Assembly (NCBI RefSeq): GCF_052119505.1
Contig: NZ_JBJMAU010000002.1
Span: 123,759 to 147,758 of the forward strand
Reading direction: 5' to 3'
Origin: Anaerobacillus sp. MEB173
GTDB lineage: Bacteria > Bacillota > Bacilli > Bacillales > JBJMAU01
DNA length: 24,000 nucleotides
Shown here in pieces: positions 9,406-17,112 of this stretch (position 1 is the stretch's first letter; every line of letters begins with the position of its first letter). The notes below the pieces were generated by a model. The model was not told the DNA's origin and searched no databases. It saw nothing but the letters and a program-made list of their open reading frames with translations. Position numbers and translations under genes: made by a program.

Positions 9406-9765
9406 TTAATAATTTTCCTCTTCTTGCGTCGTTGGCTCGGTGATGATTGCATCTTTTTTGTATTGTCTGAACACAGGAAACTCTGATAAATTATCTGGAA
9501 TTTTACCATTCTCTAGTAAAATAATTTTTACAATATTTTTGTTTCGAGCCATATGGTATTTATCACCGTACTCATTTTCTTGTGTAAAATGTTTTAAACT
9601 TTGATAGTCTTCTTCCTGAATCGAAACAGTATACGACCCATCATTTGTCTCAAATTCTTGTTCAAATCCAACTTCAAATTCAACAATTTGAATATGATCA
9701 TTTTTCATATTTCTTGTCTGCTCTAAGACTGCTTTGGCGCCTTCTGTTAGGTCATTCCATTCCAT
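9406..9765 (-). CDS. Hypothetical acidic protein, 119 aa, own transcription unit
   Basis: Clean ORF with SD AAAGGGAGAG upstream of the ATG, bracketed by hairpin terminators at 9946-9995 and 9351-9391. I recognise no family. B. subtilis has no gene between spoIIIAH and accB. Confidence 0.55.
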   Translation of the reverse strand: MEWNDLTEGAKAVLEQTRNMKNDHIQIVEFEVGFEQEFETNDGSYTVSIQEEDYQSLKHFTQENEYGDKYHMARNKNIVKIILLENGKIPDNLSEFPVFRQYKKDAIITEPTTQEEENY

Positions 9766-9945
9766 AACGATCTCTCCCTTTATGTAAAATTTCCAAATTC
9801 CTACACGTAAAGAAACTTTTTATGCATTTCTTAGTATTGATTTGAAATGAACGATCTAATCATTTTCAGTGTTACTTTCTTATTAAAAATTTTCCAATCC
9901 TTCACCGTGTTGTATTATACCATTACAAAGTGCCATTTGCACTAT

Positions 9946-9995
9946 GTAAAATAGCTCAATAAGAACAGCACCACAGGGGTTGTTCTTATTGAGCT
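9946..9995 (-). terminator. Terminator hairpin ending the spoIIIA operon
   Basis: Perfect 15-bp stem (9981-9995 with 9953-9967) and 13-nt loop, 6 nt after the spoIIIAH stop. It is followed on the minus strand by AUUUUAC, which is a short U tract. Confidence 0.55.
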
Positions 9996-10000
9996 AATTC

Positions 10001-10594
10001 TTATTGTTTTGTTGGTTGAAAACTTACAGCTACGTTTTTCTCGCCTAGTTGCTCACGAGCCATTAAGATAATTTTATTTCCTTCTTCACGTGATAATTCT
10101 TCTGCTTTTACAATAATTTTCACTTGATCATCCTCAGTAATAACAAGAACATCCTCATAACCTTCTGCTTGAATCAGCGTTTCTAACATCGCTTCCTTTT
10201 GTGCTAATGATTGTAATTTTTGCATTGCTTCTAATGCTTGAGTTCGTAATTCTTCAGCTGTTTCAGTGTCTGCAACAATAGAAGTATATTGCTCACTTAA
10301 ACGATCACGGCTTACCTCTCTGTCCAATCTGATAGATGCAAAAACCTCATCACTCGTAACATTGGAAATCACACTGTCTTCATCAGTCCATTCAGAGCCG
10401 CCAACTTCTGTCGCTTCTTCAATGTCTACCATTGATTGTTCTTGTTCCATTGGTTCAGCATCATTTTCCTCAACCTCCAATAATGCCAAATGTTCATTCG
10501 GCACCTGTCCTGGAGACGTAATATAATACACGGATAATACAATAATTAAACTTAACATTGTTAAAAGCCATACTGTTTGTTTTTTTAATACCAT
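10001..10594 (-). CDS. spoIIIAH: Stage III sporulation protein AH
   Basis: 197 aa. N-terminal TM (VWLLTMLSLIIVLSVYYI), acidic linker, and C-terminal YscJ/FliF-like region. It is the eighth and last gene of the colinear spoIIIA cluster (B. subtilis AH is 218 aa). Confidence 0.8.
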   Translation of the reverse strand: MVLKKQTVWLLTMLSLIIVLSVYYITSPGQVPNEHLALLEVEENDAEPMEQEQSMVDIEEATEVGGSEWTDEDSVISNVTSDEVFASIRLDREVSRDRLSEQYTSIVADTETAEELRTQALEAMQKLQSLAQKEAMLETLIQAEGYEDVLVITEDDQVKIIVKAEELSREEGNKIILMAREQLGEKNVAVSFQPTKQ

Positions 10595-10595
10595 T

Positions 10596-11267
10596 TTATT
10601 CTTCCCCCTTTAATTTTTTTGGTAATACTGATACGCGGTGAGTTGGGACGTCTAGTACTCTACTGACTGCCTCTACCACCATTGTTTTTACCTGAATGTT
10701 ATCAACTCCTCTAGCAACAACTACAACTCCACGTACTGCTGGTTTTTCTGTTTTTACAATCAGTGGCTTCTCACTGTCACCATTACGAATAATAACTACC
10801 TTTTCATCTCGGGTTACATCTTCTACCTTTCTTTTCCCACCTTCACGATCTGTTTCATCTGTGTTTTGTTTCTTTGTATTTTGATCCTTTTCATACACCT
10901 GCTTTTCTGTCTCTGCTAGATTAATCATCACAGATACGTCAGAAACACCAATGATTTCCTCTAAAACCTCTCTCAGCTGATTTTCATATCGGTGTTCATA
11001 ATCCTCCATTGAATAAGGTTCTGCTTGTGCTTTATTTCCAAAAACTGGTTCACTATCAGGTGATGTGTCGTCTTTGAACACTGGCATAGCAACCTGATTA
11101 GATCCAGATTCATTCGTAAAGAAATTACCTAAAATCATTAGTGCAACACCTATACATAAAACTAATGCCAAATAATGAATTGACTTTATCTTACCTTTAC
11201 CTTCCTCCTTTTTTTGAAATAATTTTGTTAACCATTGTTTATGGTTTTTTTCCTCTTTGTCCATCAC
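10596..11267 (-). CDS. spoIIIAG: Stage III sporulation protein AG
   Basis: 223 aa, single TM. The C-terminal block VRGVVVVARGVDNIQVKTMVVEAVSRVLDVPTHRVSVLPKK is characteristic of SpoIIIAG. Overlaps spoIIIAF by 4 nt. Confidence 0.8.
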   Translation of the reverse strand: MMDKEEKNHKQWLTKLFQKKEEGKGKIKSIHYLALVLCIGVALMILGNFFTNESGSNQVAMPVFKDDTSPDSEPVFGNKAQAEPYSMEDYEHRYENQLREVLEEIIGVSDVSVMINLAETEKQVYEKDQNTKKQNTDETDREGGKRKVEDVTRDEKVVIIRNGDSEKPLIVKTEKPAVRGVVVVARGVDNIQVKTMVVEAVSRVLDVPTHRVSVLPKKLKGEE

Positions 11268-11902
11268 TCATCCCCTCCTTCCAAGGCTAAAGAGATAACC
11301 TCTTTAGGAATTTGCCATTCATTCGCTAAATAAAGTTGGACTTCAGATAGATTTGCTGGCTGTTCAGTTAACTTCTTTGTTTGCAGTTCCTTCTTGGTAT
11401 CAATCATTACAACAGGTATTGCTTCTACTTTAGCTTCTTCCTCGGTCTGCTCAACTTGCTGTTTAACAACAACTTCAATACCTGTGATACTCTTGAGGAA
11501 GTCTTCTTCGTTAGCAAATTCATCAATGGAAATCAGGACTTCTTTTACTTCCAAACCATAATCGTTAACCAGCTCCTCTTCCACTTGTTGTTTCATTTGG
11601 ACAGCCACCTGTTCTGAAATATATGCACGTTGTCCCATTTCTATATCTGTTTTCTTATTTTCAATTAAATTTTCTAGCTGCTCATCAGAAAGATCCTCAT
11701 TCATATTTATTGGTTGAAAGATTGTTTCAGGGCTATGCGAAAATACCGATAATAAAGGTGTTAAAATAACAACAATTAGCATTAAACCAACAACCATTTT
11801 GACATAACGCTGAAAATTAGAGTTCGGAAGGAGTAACTCTAAAACGGTTGCCAGCAGGATAATCAAAATAATATTCGTAACCCAATCCGTAATAAACTGC
11901 AA
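11264..11902 (-). CDS. spoIIIAF: Stage III sporulation protein AF
   Basis: 212 aa, two N-terminal TM segments. N-terminus MQFITDWVTNIILIILLATVLELLLPN is typical of SpoIIIAF. TTG start with SD AAAGGGGGGAG. Position is conserved. Confidence 0.8.
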   Translation of the reverse strand: MQFITDWVTNIILIILLATVLELLLPNSNFQRYVKMVVGLMLIVVILTPLLSVFSHSPETIFQPINMNEDLSDEQLENLIENKKTDIEMGQRAYISEQVAVQMKQQVEEELVNDYGLEVKEVLISIDEFANEEDFLKSITGIEVVVKQQVEQTEEEAKVEAIPVVMIDTKKELQTKKLTEQPANLSEVQLYLANEWQIPKEVISLALEGGDE

Positions 11903-11922
11903 GAAACTCCCCCCTTTCGTTA

Positions 11923-12037
11923 GTTTAGAGTTGAAAGTTTAGAGTTTAGAGTGTTTGATTGTACCTCTTGGGAGACCCAAAACCCCTCATTGAATTTGCT
12001 CGAGATAACTCTAAACTCTACACTCTAAATTCTAAAC
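11923..12037. repeat. Palindromic heptamer-array element, copy 2 (inside the spoIIIA operon, spoIIIAE-spoIIIAF spacer)
   Basis: Left arm 11923-11954 GTTTAGAGTTGAAAGTTTAGAGTTTAGAGTGT equals heptamers TTTAGAG/TTGAAAG/TTTAGAG/TTTAGAG. Right arm 12007-12037 AACTCTAAACTCTACACTCTAAATTCTAAAC is its imperfect reverse complement (about 26/31 by hand). The 52-bp core contains a small TTGGG-AGA-CCCAA hairpin. Confidence 0.6.
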
Positions 12038-12044
12038 TAGCTTT

Positions 12045-13214
12045 TCACCTCACCATCAGCGACAGGTTCCCGGCGGCGATGATGATTGTAATAGCGAGGA
12101 AAAACATTAAGCATACTGTTGCCAGTGCTGCGAAGATGAAAATGACGGCCTTTCCGATTGTTGATAGGCATTCGATAACCGGTCCTCCACCTAGTGGTTG
12201 CAAGACTGCCGCTGCAATATTAAAGATGAGAGCTAACGATAAGACCTTTATTGCCGGAAACGCACAAAGGAGTAAAAGGATAGCAAGACCGGCAATACCA
12301 ACTGTATTTTTCAGTAGTACAGATGCACTCATCACGGTATCAGCCGCATCGGTAAACATTCTCCCGACAACTGGAACAAAATTACCGGTTACAAACTTTG
12401 CCGTTCGTATGGTAATTCCGTCAGCAACAGCGGTTGTTGCTCCTTGAACGGAAATAATGCCCAAAAAGATGGTTAAAAAAATACCTAACGCACCAACTGC
12501 GACATTCCGTAGTAGATTGGCAAGCTTGGTCACTTTATAATGGTCACTTAATATACTTACAATGCTAAGTATTGCTGATAGAAACAATAATGGCATAACA
12601 AAATGCTGGATTAATAACCCACTTGTATTGACCAAAAGGACAATTAACGGATGGAAAAAAGCTACTGATGTCAAACTCCCTATCGAAGCCATTAACGCTA
12701 ACAACAATGGTAATAATGCAATCATAAAATTGATCATATTACTAATCGCCTCTTGCGCGTAGCTAATGGCTACATGGAAGCTGTTTAAGGCAATAATGAT
12801 TAACACCATGTATGTGATCGCATAAGCCACCTTACTAATCGCATGTTGTTCAAAGGCGTTTTGCATTTGCTGCAGTATCATACTGAAAACCGTCAGCAAG
12901 ATTAACGTTCCTAGTAGCTTGCCATTGACGACTAATTCATGAAATAAGTATTTAACGAGTCCGGTCAACCATTCCTTAATTGAAAATTGTTTCTCTCCTT
13001 TAACGAACTCCATAAACGAGCCTTTTTGACTTTCTGGAAGAAAACCTCCATACTCAGTGACAACTTCCTCCCAATACGCTCGGATATCATCTATTCCTAA
13101 TTGTTCTAATTGTCGTTCGATGAGGTTTTCTTGGGGTGATGGTTCCTGTTCAGCATGAACTGAAGCGATTGGTAGAAAGAAAAGAACTAATAAAATGAAA
13201 AACCAATGTTTCAT
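12045..13214 (-). CDS. spoIIIAE: Stage III sporulation protein AE (polytopic membrane protein with signal peptide)
   Basis: 389 aa, with an N-terminal signal-like segment and then many TM helices. Fifth gene of the colinear cluster (B. subtilis AE is 399 aa). Confidence 0.85.
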   Translation of the reverse strand: MKHWFFILLVLFFLPIASVHAEQEPSPQENLIERQLEQLGIDDIRAYWEEVVTEYGGFLPESQKGSFMEFVKGEKQFSIKEWLTGLVKYLFHELVVNGKLLGTLILLTVFSMILQQMQNAFEQHAISKVAYAITYMVLIIIALNSFHVAISYAQEAISNMINFMIALLPLLLALMASIGSLTSVAFFHPLIVLLVNTSGLLIQHFVMPLLFLSAILSIVSILSDHYKVTKLANLLRNVAVGALGIFLTIFLGIISVQGATTAVADGITIRTAKFVTGNFVPVVGRMFTDAADTVMSASVLLKNTVGIAGLAILLLLCAFPAIKVLSLALIFNIAAAVLQPLGGGPVIECLSTIGKAVIFIFAALATVCLMFFLAITIIIAAGNLSLMVR

Positions 13215-13255
13215 CTGTTCACCCCTCTATGAAATGGCAAATCTCCTAATAGGTC

Positions 13256-13654
13256 TTAATTTGGTAACAATGAAATTACCATTTCAATGATCGATGTTAT
13301 GATTGGTATGGCCATGACCATAATTAATACCTTGCCGGCCAGTTCGATTTTTGATGCTATTGCCGCTTGTCCGGCATCTTTGGCTATTTGAGCTCCAAAC
13401 TCTGCAATATAAGCGATTCCAATAATTTTTAAGATGGTTTGCACATAAATCATGTTAATGTTGGCATTAACAGCAATTCTCTCTAACATAGTGATGACTT
13501 TGTAAATTTGATCGATTAAGAATAAAAAAATAAGAACGCCCACAAATACAGTTAACAAAAATGCAAAAATGGGCTTTTGTTCTTTTACGACGAGTGCAAG
13601 AAAAGTTGCAATAAGTCCTAATCCTACAATTTGTATTATTTCAATGGTGAACAC
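13256..13654 (-). CDS. spoIIIAD: Stage III sporulation protein AD
   Basis: 132 aa, highly hydrophobic. Size and position match B. subtilis SpoIIIAD (133 aa). Contains the motif IAYIAEFGAQIAKDAG. Confidence 0.85.
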   Translation of the reverse strand: MFTIEIIQIVGLGLIATFLALVVKEQKPIFAFLLTVFVGVLIFLFLIDQIYKVITMLERIAVNANINMIYVQTILKIIGIAYIAEFGAQIAKDAGQAAIASKIELAGKVLIMVMAIPIITSIIEMVISLLPN

Positions 13655-13659
13655 CTCCC

Positions 13660-13866
13660 TCAGCCTTGAAAGAGAAAGACACCTTTAATTTTTTGAAAAA
13701 GGTCATCAACAATCGTTGCAACCATATACAAAACAACAACAAAGCCAATTAAGGTAACCCAATGAGCCCAATCTTCCTTTCCCATTTGCTTCAATACCGT
13801 ATGAATCATTGCAACAACAATACCTATCCCGGCAATTTGAAAGATTGTATTCACATCATATGCCAT
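13660..13866 (-). CDS. spoIIIAC: Stage III sporulation protein AC
   Basis: 68 aa with two TM segments. Size is identical to B. subtilis SpoIIIAC (68 aa) and the position is conserved. Confidence 0.85.
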   Translation of the reverse strand: MAYDVNTIFQIAGIGIVVAMIHTVLKQMGKEDWAHWVTLIGFVVVLYMVATIVDDLFQKIKGVFLFQG

Positions 13867-13926
13867 GACCTTTTCTCCTCCTGACCACTTGTCTCTTTGC
13901 GAGTATTCAATTCATAGCTACCATCA

Positions 13927-14439
13927 TTACATCATGAGAATAATAATTAAGAGACCTGTTAAAAAACCTAAGCTTTTTAACATCTTTTCATAACGATTTT
14001 GTGCATCTTTTGCTTCACCTTCTTCTCTTTCTAGGTGGGTGAGCGTTAAACGAATTTGCTTTTGTTGTTGAACCTTATCATGTTGTCCAAGTGTCATTCC
14101 GAATTGTTTCATAATCTCAAGTTCCCCATTACATAAAGCAGTAAAATGCCATGTTTCATTTAAACTTTGCTCCCATGCCTTTTGAGCACTTTCTTCCCCT
14201 TTCGACAGCCAGTAGGAAAAACGTTCGAAAAAATAGGAGATTGGTTTCGGTAATTGCTTTGCAATATGACTACTTGCCTCAGCTAATGGTGTTAACCCAT
14301 ACATAATCTCTGCTTCAAGTGATTGTAGAGCTACTTTTAATTGCCGAAGCTGCCTTGGTCTCTCACTTAATCGTCTAGCAAACTCAAACCCTACCCATGT
14401 CGTAGCAATGATGATTAAAATCGCTCCAATTATTTTCAA
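13927..14439 (-). CDS. spoIIIAB: Stage III sporulation protein AB
   Basis: 170 aa with N- and C-terminal TM segments and a helical cytoplasmic domain (B. subtilis AB is 171 aa). 4-nt ATGA overlap with spoIIIAA. Confidence 0.8.
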   Translation of the reverse strand: MKIIGAILIIIATTWVGFEFARRLSERPRQLRQLKVALQSLEAEIMYGLTPLAEASSHIAKQLPKPISYFFERFSYWLSKGEESAQKAWEQSLNETWHFTALCNGELEIMKQFGMTLGQHDKVQQQKQIRLTLTHLEREEGEAKDAQNRYEKMLKSLGFLTGLLIIILMM

Positions 14440-15368
14440 TGTAATCTCACCACATCTTTTCCGTTTTCATCACGAATTCGGTTTACTTTTCCCGGATGTA
14501 AACGACGTGTCAATTCGATACATCTACTAAAAACTTTTTGGTCCATTAATTCCTTGATTGTCGGCCTTAAATACAAATCCTCCATTTGAAAACCATGAAC
14601 CGTCGTAATAATACTAACACCTGCATGAATCGCCTCATGTATCGCTTGAACATCCTCTTGTCGACCAATTTCATCGACAATAAGGACATCTGGACTCATC
14701 GATCGAATGAGCATCATCATTCCTTCTGCCTTTGGACAAGCATCTAGAACATCGACTCGAGATCCTAAATCATGTTGCGGTATACCTTTAATACATCCAG
14801 CAATTTCGGAGCGCTCATCTACCACACCGATTTTTTTCGGAAGGATTTTAAAATCTTTATCACCACTGCTAATAATTCTCGCAATATCTCTCAATAACGT
14901 TGTTTTCCCGGTTTGCGGAGGGCCTATTATCAGTGTGTTTTCCCATCTGTTTTTTTGAAATAAATAATGAATATATGGATTCGCGACACCTATTTTTTGT
15001 TTTGCAACACGAATATTAAATGAACTAATATGCCGAATGGCTTTGACATGACCTTTTTCTGTAATGACTTTTCCTGCTAATCCGACCCGATGGCCACCCC
15101 GAATCGTAATAAATCCTTGCTTTAACTCTTCTTCTAAAGCATATAAGGAATAATTACTTAATTGGTTCATAAGTTGGACACCATCTTCTTTGCTAACGAT
15201 GTATGGCATTTGTTCCAGCTGTGGGAAGAATGGAGATCCTTCTACACCGATTTCCAAAGGACGGTTAATCCGAATCCGAATTTCTTCCATCTTCTCTTTC
15301 GTTCTTGAAGGCAATTGGTCGATCATTCGTTTAATTGAATCCGGTAAAACGGCGTAAATTTCTTCCAT
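14436..15368 (-). CDS. spoIIIAA: Stage III sporulation protein AA (secretion-type AAA ATPase)
   Basis: 310 aa, Walker A GPPQTGKTT, Walker B-like VLIVDEIG (B. subtilis AA is 307 aa). First gene of the cluster. Confidence 0.9.
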   Translation of the reverse strand: MEEIYAVLPDSIKRMIDQLPSRTKEKMEEIRIRINRPLEIGVEGSPFFPQLEQMPYIVSKEDGVQLMNQLSNYSLYALEEELKQGFITIRGGHRVGLAGKVITEKGHVKAIRHISSFNIRVAKQKIGVANPYIHYLFQKNRWENTLIIGPPQTGKTTLLRDIARIISSGDKDFKILPKKIGVVDERSEIAGCIKGIPQHDLGSRVDVLDACPKAEGMMMLIRSMSPDVLIVDEIGRQEDVQAIHEAIHAGVSIITTVHGFQMEDLYLRPTIKELMDQKVFSRCIELTRRLHPGKVNRIRDENGKDVVRLH

Positions 15369-15413
15369 TACACTCCCCCTAATACCATGAATTTGACTTG
15401 TCCCCTATTGAAA

Positions 15414-15442
15414 ATGTATGCCAACTTCATCGTAATATGACA
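15414..15442 (-). promoter_or_regulatory. Sigma-E type (mother-cell) promoter for the spoIIIA operon
   Basis: Minus strand reads GTCATATT (15442..15435), a 13-nt spacer, then CATACATT (15421..15414). This closely matches the textbook sigma-E consensus (ZHATAXX about 14 nt from CATACAHT). It lies about 45 nt upstream of the spoIIIAA ATG. B. subtilis spoIIIA is known to be sigma-E dependent. Confidence 0.55.
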
Positions 15443-15456
15443 ATGTTATTTCATGT

Positions 15457-15738
15457 TTAACGTCTTAATCCAAGTAAGATAAGGATTACACCTAAAGCAA
15501 TAAGCAACAGCTTTCCAACCGAAACTTTATCAGCCATACCAACCAGGCCAATCGTCATCGTTGTAATTAGAACGATTGGTCCCACAATAGCTAACAAAGC
15601 ATTAATTGCTACGGCTTTCTCCACTGTGTTGAAACGCAGCATGAGCGATGCGGCTGATAGCTCAAGCAATCCTGAAACCATTCGCAAAATAACCATACTA
15701 AGTACAGTTGTTTCTATAGCAGATAACCAACCTTTCAT
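15457..15738 (-). CDS. yqhV: YqhV-family small membrane protein (DUF2619-like)
   Basis: Hydrophobic protein in the conserved slot between efp and spoIIIAA. I trimmed the track's 116-aa ORF to the ATG at 15738 (MKGWLSAIETT...). That start has SD GGAGAGG at 9-nt spacing and gives 93 aa, the size I recall for B. subtilis YqhV. Confidence 0.7.
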   Translation of the reverse strand: MKGWLSAIETTVLSMVILRMVSGLLELSAASLMLRFNTVEKAVAINALLAIVGPIVLITTMTIGLVGMADKVSVGKLLLIALGVILILLGLRR

Positions 15739-15835
15739 AAACGCCATCCTCTCCGATGTTTTGGAACGTCTCATAATTAGTAAGCAGACAAAAAATACTT
15801 TGTACAACCTATGAGAAAAACCATATATTCAGAAC

Positions 15836-15876
15836 AAAAAAAGAGCAATTTACCGAAGTGGCAATTCGCTCTTTTA
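15836..15876 (-). terminator. Probable terminator after the 143-aa ORF
   Basis: Minus strand has an imperfect stem AAGAGCGAAUU...AAUUGCUCUU followed by a U7 run (A-run 15836-15842 on plus). It starts about 15 nt after the ORF stop. Confidence 0.45.
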
Positions 15877-15890
15877 CAACTTTTCATTCG

Positions 15891-16322
15891 TTAAATTCCT
15901 TGTGGCAGCTGCTTTTCGACTACACGTTTCAGTAATTCATCATCCTCCATCCACTCTTCAAATGATGAGACATCCGAACAAAATGAACCGACACTATGAC
16001 CATCCTTAAACATCTCAATACACAAAATATCATCTGAATGTGAATAATACTCAACTTCAATGCCATTATCTAATGCTTTACGTTGAACGGATGATGTGGC
16101 GGTTGACAGTATTCGGGCATTATTCTTAACATGACTCTCGGCTAATTGAAGAAGATCTGTTTCATCCCACTCTTTGAAGTGAGAGATATCGGAACAAAAC
16201 GCCCCCATTTCCTTTTGTTTATAAAAAACTTCAACACAAATGATATCATCTGAAAATGAATAGTAACTAACTTCAAGATCCTCTTTTAATTGAACCTTCT
16301 TTTTCTCCAATCTGTCCACCAC
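15891..16322 (-). CDS. Hypothetical protein made of two tandem copies of a roughly 45-aa Cys-containing module
   Basis: Repeat 1 is LEVSYYSFSDDIICVEVFYKQKEMGAFCSDISHFKEWDETDLL. Repeat 2 is IEVEYYSHSDDILCIEMFKDGHSVGSFCSDVSSFEEWMEDDELL. The real start may be TTG at 16310, which has SD AAAGGTGGTG at 6-nt spacing, rather than the GTG at 16322. Bracketed by terminators. Confidence 0.6.
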   Translation of the reverse strand: MVDRLEKKKVQLKEDLEVSYYSFSDDIICVEVFYKQKEMGAFCSDISHFKEWDETDLLQLAESHVKNNARILSTATSSVQRKALDNGIEVEYYSHSDDILCIEMFKDGHSVGSFCSDVSSFEEWMEDDELLKRVVEKQLPQGI

Positions 16323-16414
16323 CTTTCTTTTTAATCATAATAGCAGAAACTCGTTTAAATGAGTAGTTAGAATTTTACAAATATTTTGAGGTATAACGAC
16401 AAATAGTGAATCGT

Positions 16415-16458
16415 ACAAAAAAAACTTATTGTTCAAAGAGAACAATAAGTTTTTTTAT
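16415..16458 (-). terminator. Rho-independent terminator after efp
   Basis: Perfect 12-bp stem (16440-16451 with 16423-16434) and 5-nt loop. Flanked by T6 on the plus side and a U8 run on the minus strand (A-run 16417-16424). Potentially bidirectional. Confidence 0.75.
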
Positions 16459-16466
16459 ATAAATAA

Positions 16467-17024
16467 CTATGCTCTGGAAATGTAATGTCCTGTTCTTGTA
16501 TCAATCACTAATACATCGCCTTGATTAATAAAGAAAGGAACTTGTACAGTTAGGCCTGTTTCAAGTGTAGCTGGTTTTGTTCCACCTGATGCAGTATCCC
16601 CTTTGATACCTGGTTCAGTTTCCGTTACTTCTAGCTCAACAGTATTTGGTAATTCAACACCAAGTGTTTCCCCTTGATATGTCATAATCTGAACAATCAT
16701 ATTATCTTTCAAAAATTTCAATTCATATTCAATTTGATTTGCTTGTAGCTCTAGTTGCTCATACGATTCATTATCCATAAATGTATATACGCCACCAGTT
16801 TCATATAAATATTGCATACGACGATTTTCAATATGTGCTTTTGAAACTTTTTCTCCAGCACGGAATGTTTTCTCTTGAATTGCCCCAGTTCTTAAATTAC
16901 GTAATTTTGAGCGAACAAATGCCGCTCCTTTGCCTGGCTTTACATGTTGGAATTCAATAACCTGCCAAATCCCGCCATCTACCTCAATTGTTAAACCTGT
17001 CTTAAAATCGTTAACTGAAACCAT
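16467..17024 (-). CDS. efp: Translation elongation factor P
   Basis: 185 aa. [48 protein letters not shown] is near-identical to canonical Bacillus EF-P, including the KPGKG loop. Confidence 0.95.
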   Translation of the reverse strand: MVSVNDFKTGLTIEVDGGIWQVIEFQHVKPGKGAAFVRSKLRNLRTGAIQEKTFRAGEKVSKAHIENRRMQYLYETGGVYTFMDNESYEQLELQANQIEYELKFLKDNMIVQIMTYQGETLGVELPNTVELEVTETEPGIKGDTASGGTKPATLETGLTVQVPFFINQGDVLVIDTRTGHYISRA

Positions 17025-17112
17025 GTTCTGTTCCTCCTATGTAATTATCAATTCAAACCTCTATTTAACTAAAGATTTAATTTATATTTAAATTTTACAT
17101 TTTTAAATTGTT

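Noticed and set aside
3337-10884. Numerous 62-89-aa plus-strand ORFs from the track (for example 3337-3591, 3832-4074, 4188-4385, 5676-5912, 5831-6094, 6997-7194, 8341-8565, 8726-8995, 10266-10526, 10696-10884)
   Set aside because: Each lies antisense within a confidently identified minus-strand gene. None has a ribosome-binding site, and the translations are low-complexity. They are treated as shadows. The same applies to 12562-12762, 14707-14958, 15626-15814, 20869-21117, 22223-22450, 22466-22687 and 23284-23496.
11923-12037. GTTTAGAG motifs resemble the start of type II (Cas9) CRISPR repeats (GTTTTAGAG...)
   Set aside because: The motifs are 7-nt tandem units arranged as inverted arms. 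There are no regularly spaced unique spacers, no repeat of 28-36 nt, and no cas genes in the window. This is not a CRISPR array or tracrRNA.
11959-12447. 162-aa plus-strand ORF
   Set aside because: It is fully antisense to spoIIIAE and begins inside the palindromic element, with no SD. It is a typical shadow ORF opposite a hydrophobic-protein gene.
15739-15807. N-terminal extensions proposed by the ORF track (yqhV 15739-15807; also mntR 21059-21073, yqhR 18852-18881, folD 6204-6212, yqhP-like 19208-19216, papA 18184-18195)
   Set aside because: The extended starts lack properly spaced SD sequences. The downstream starts have good SDs and match the N-termini or lengths of B. subtilis homologs.
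17025-17112. AT-rich papA-efp spacer with ATTTAAAT-type palindromes, examined as a possible third copy of the heptamer element
   Set aside because: It contains no TTTAGAR heptamer arrays and no long inverted arms. It is just AT-rich spacer carrying the efp SD.
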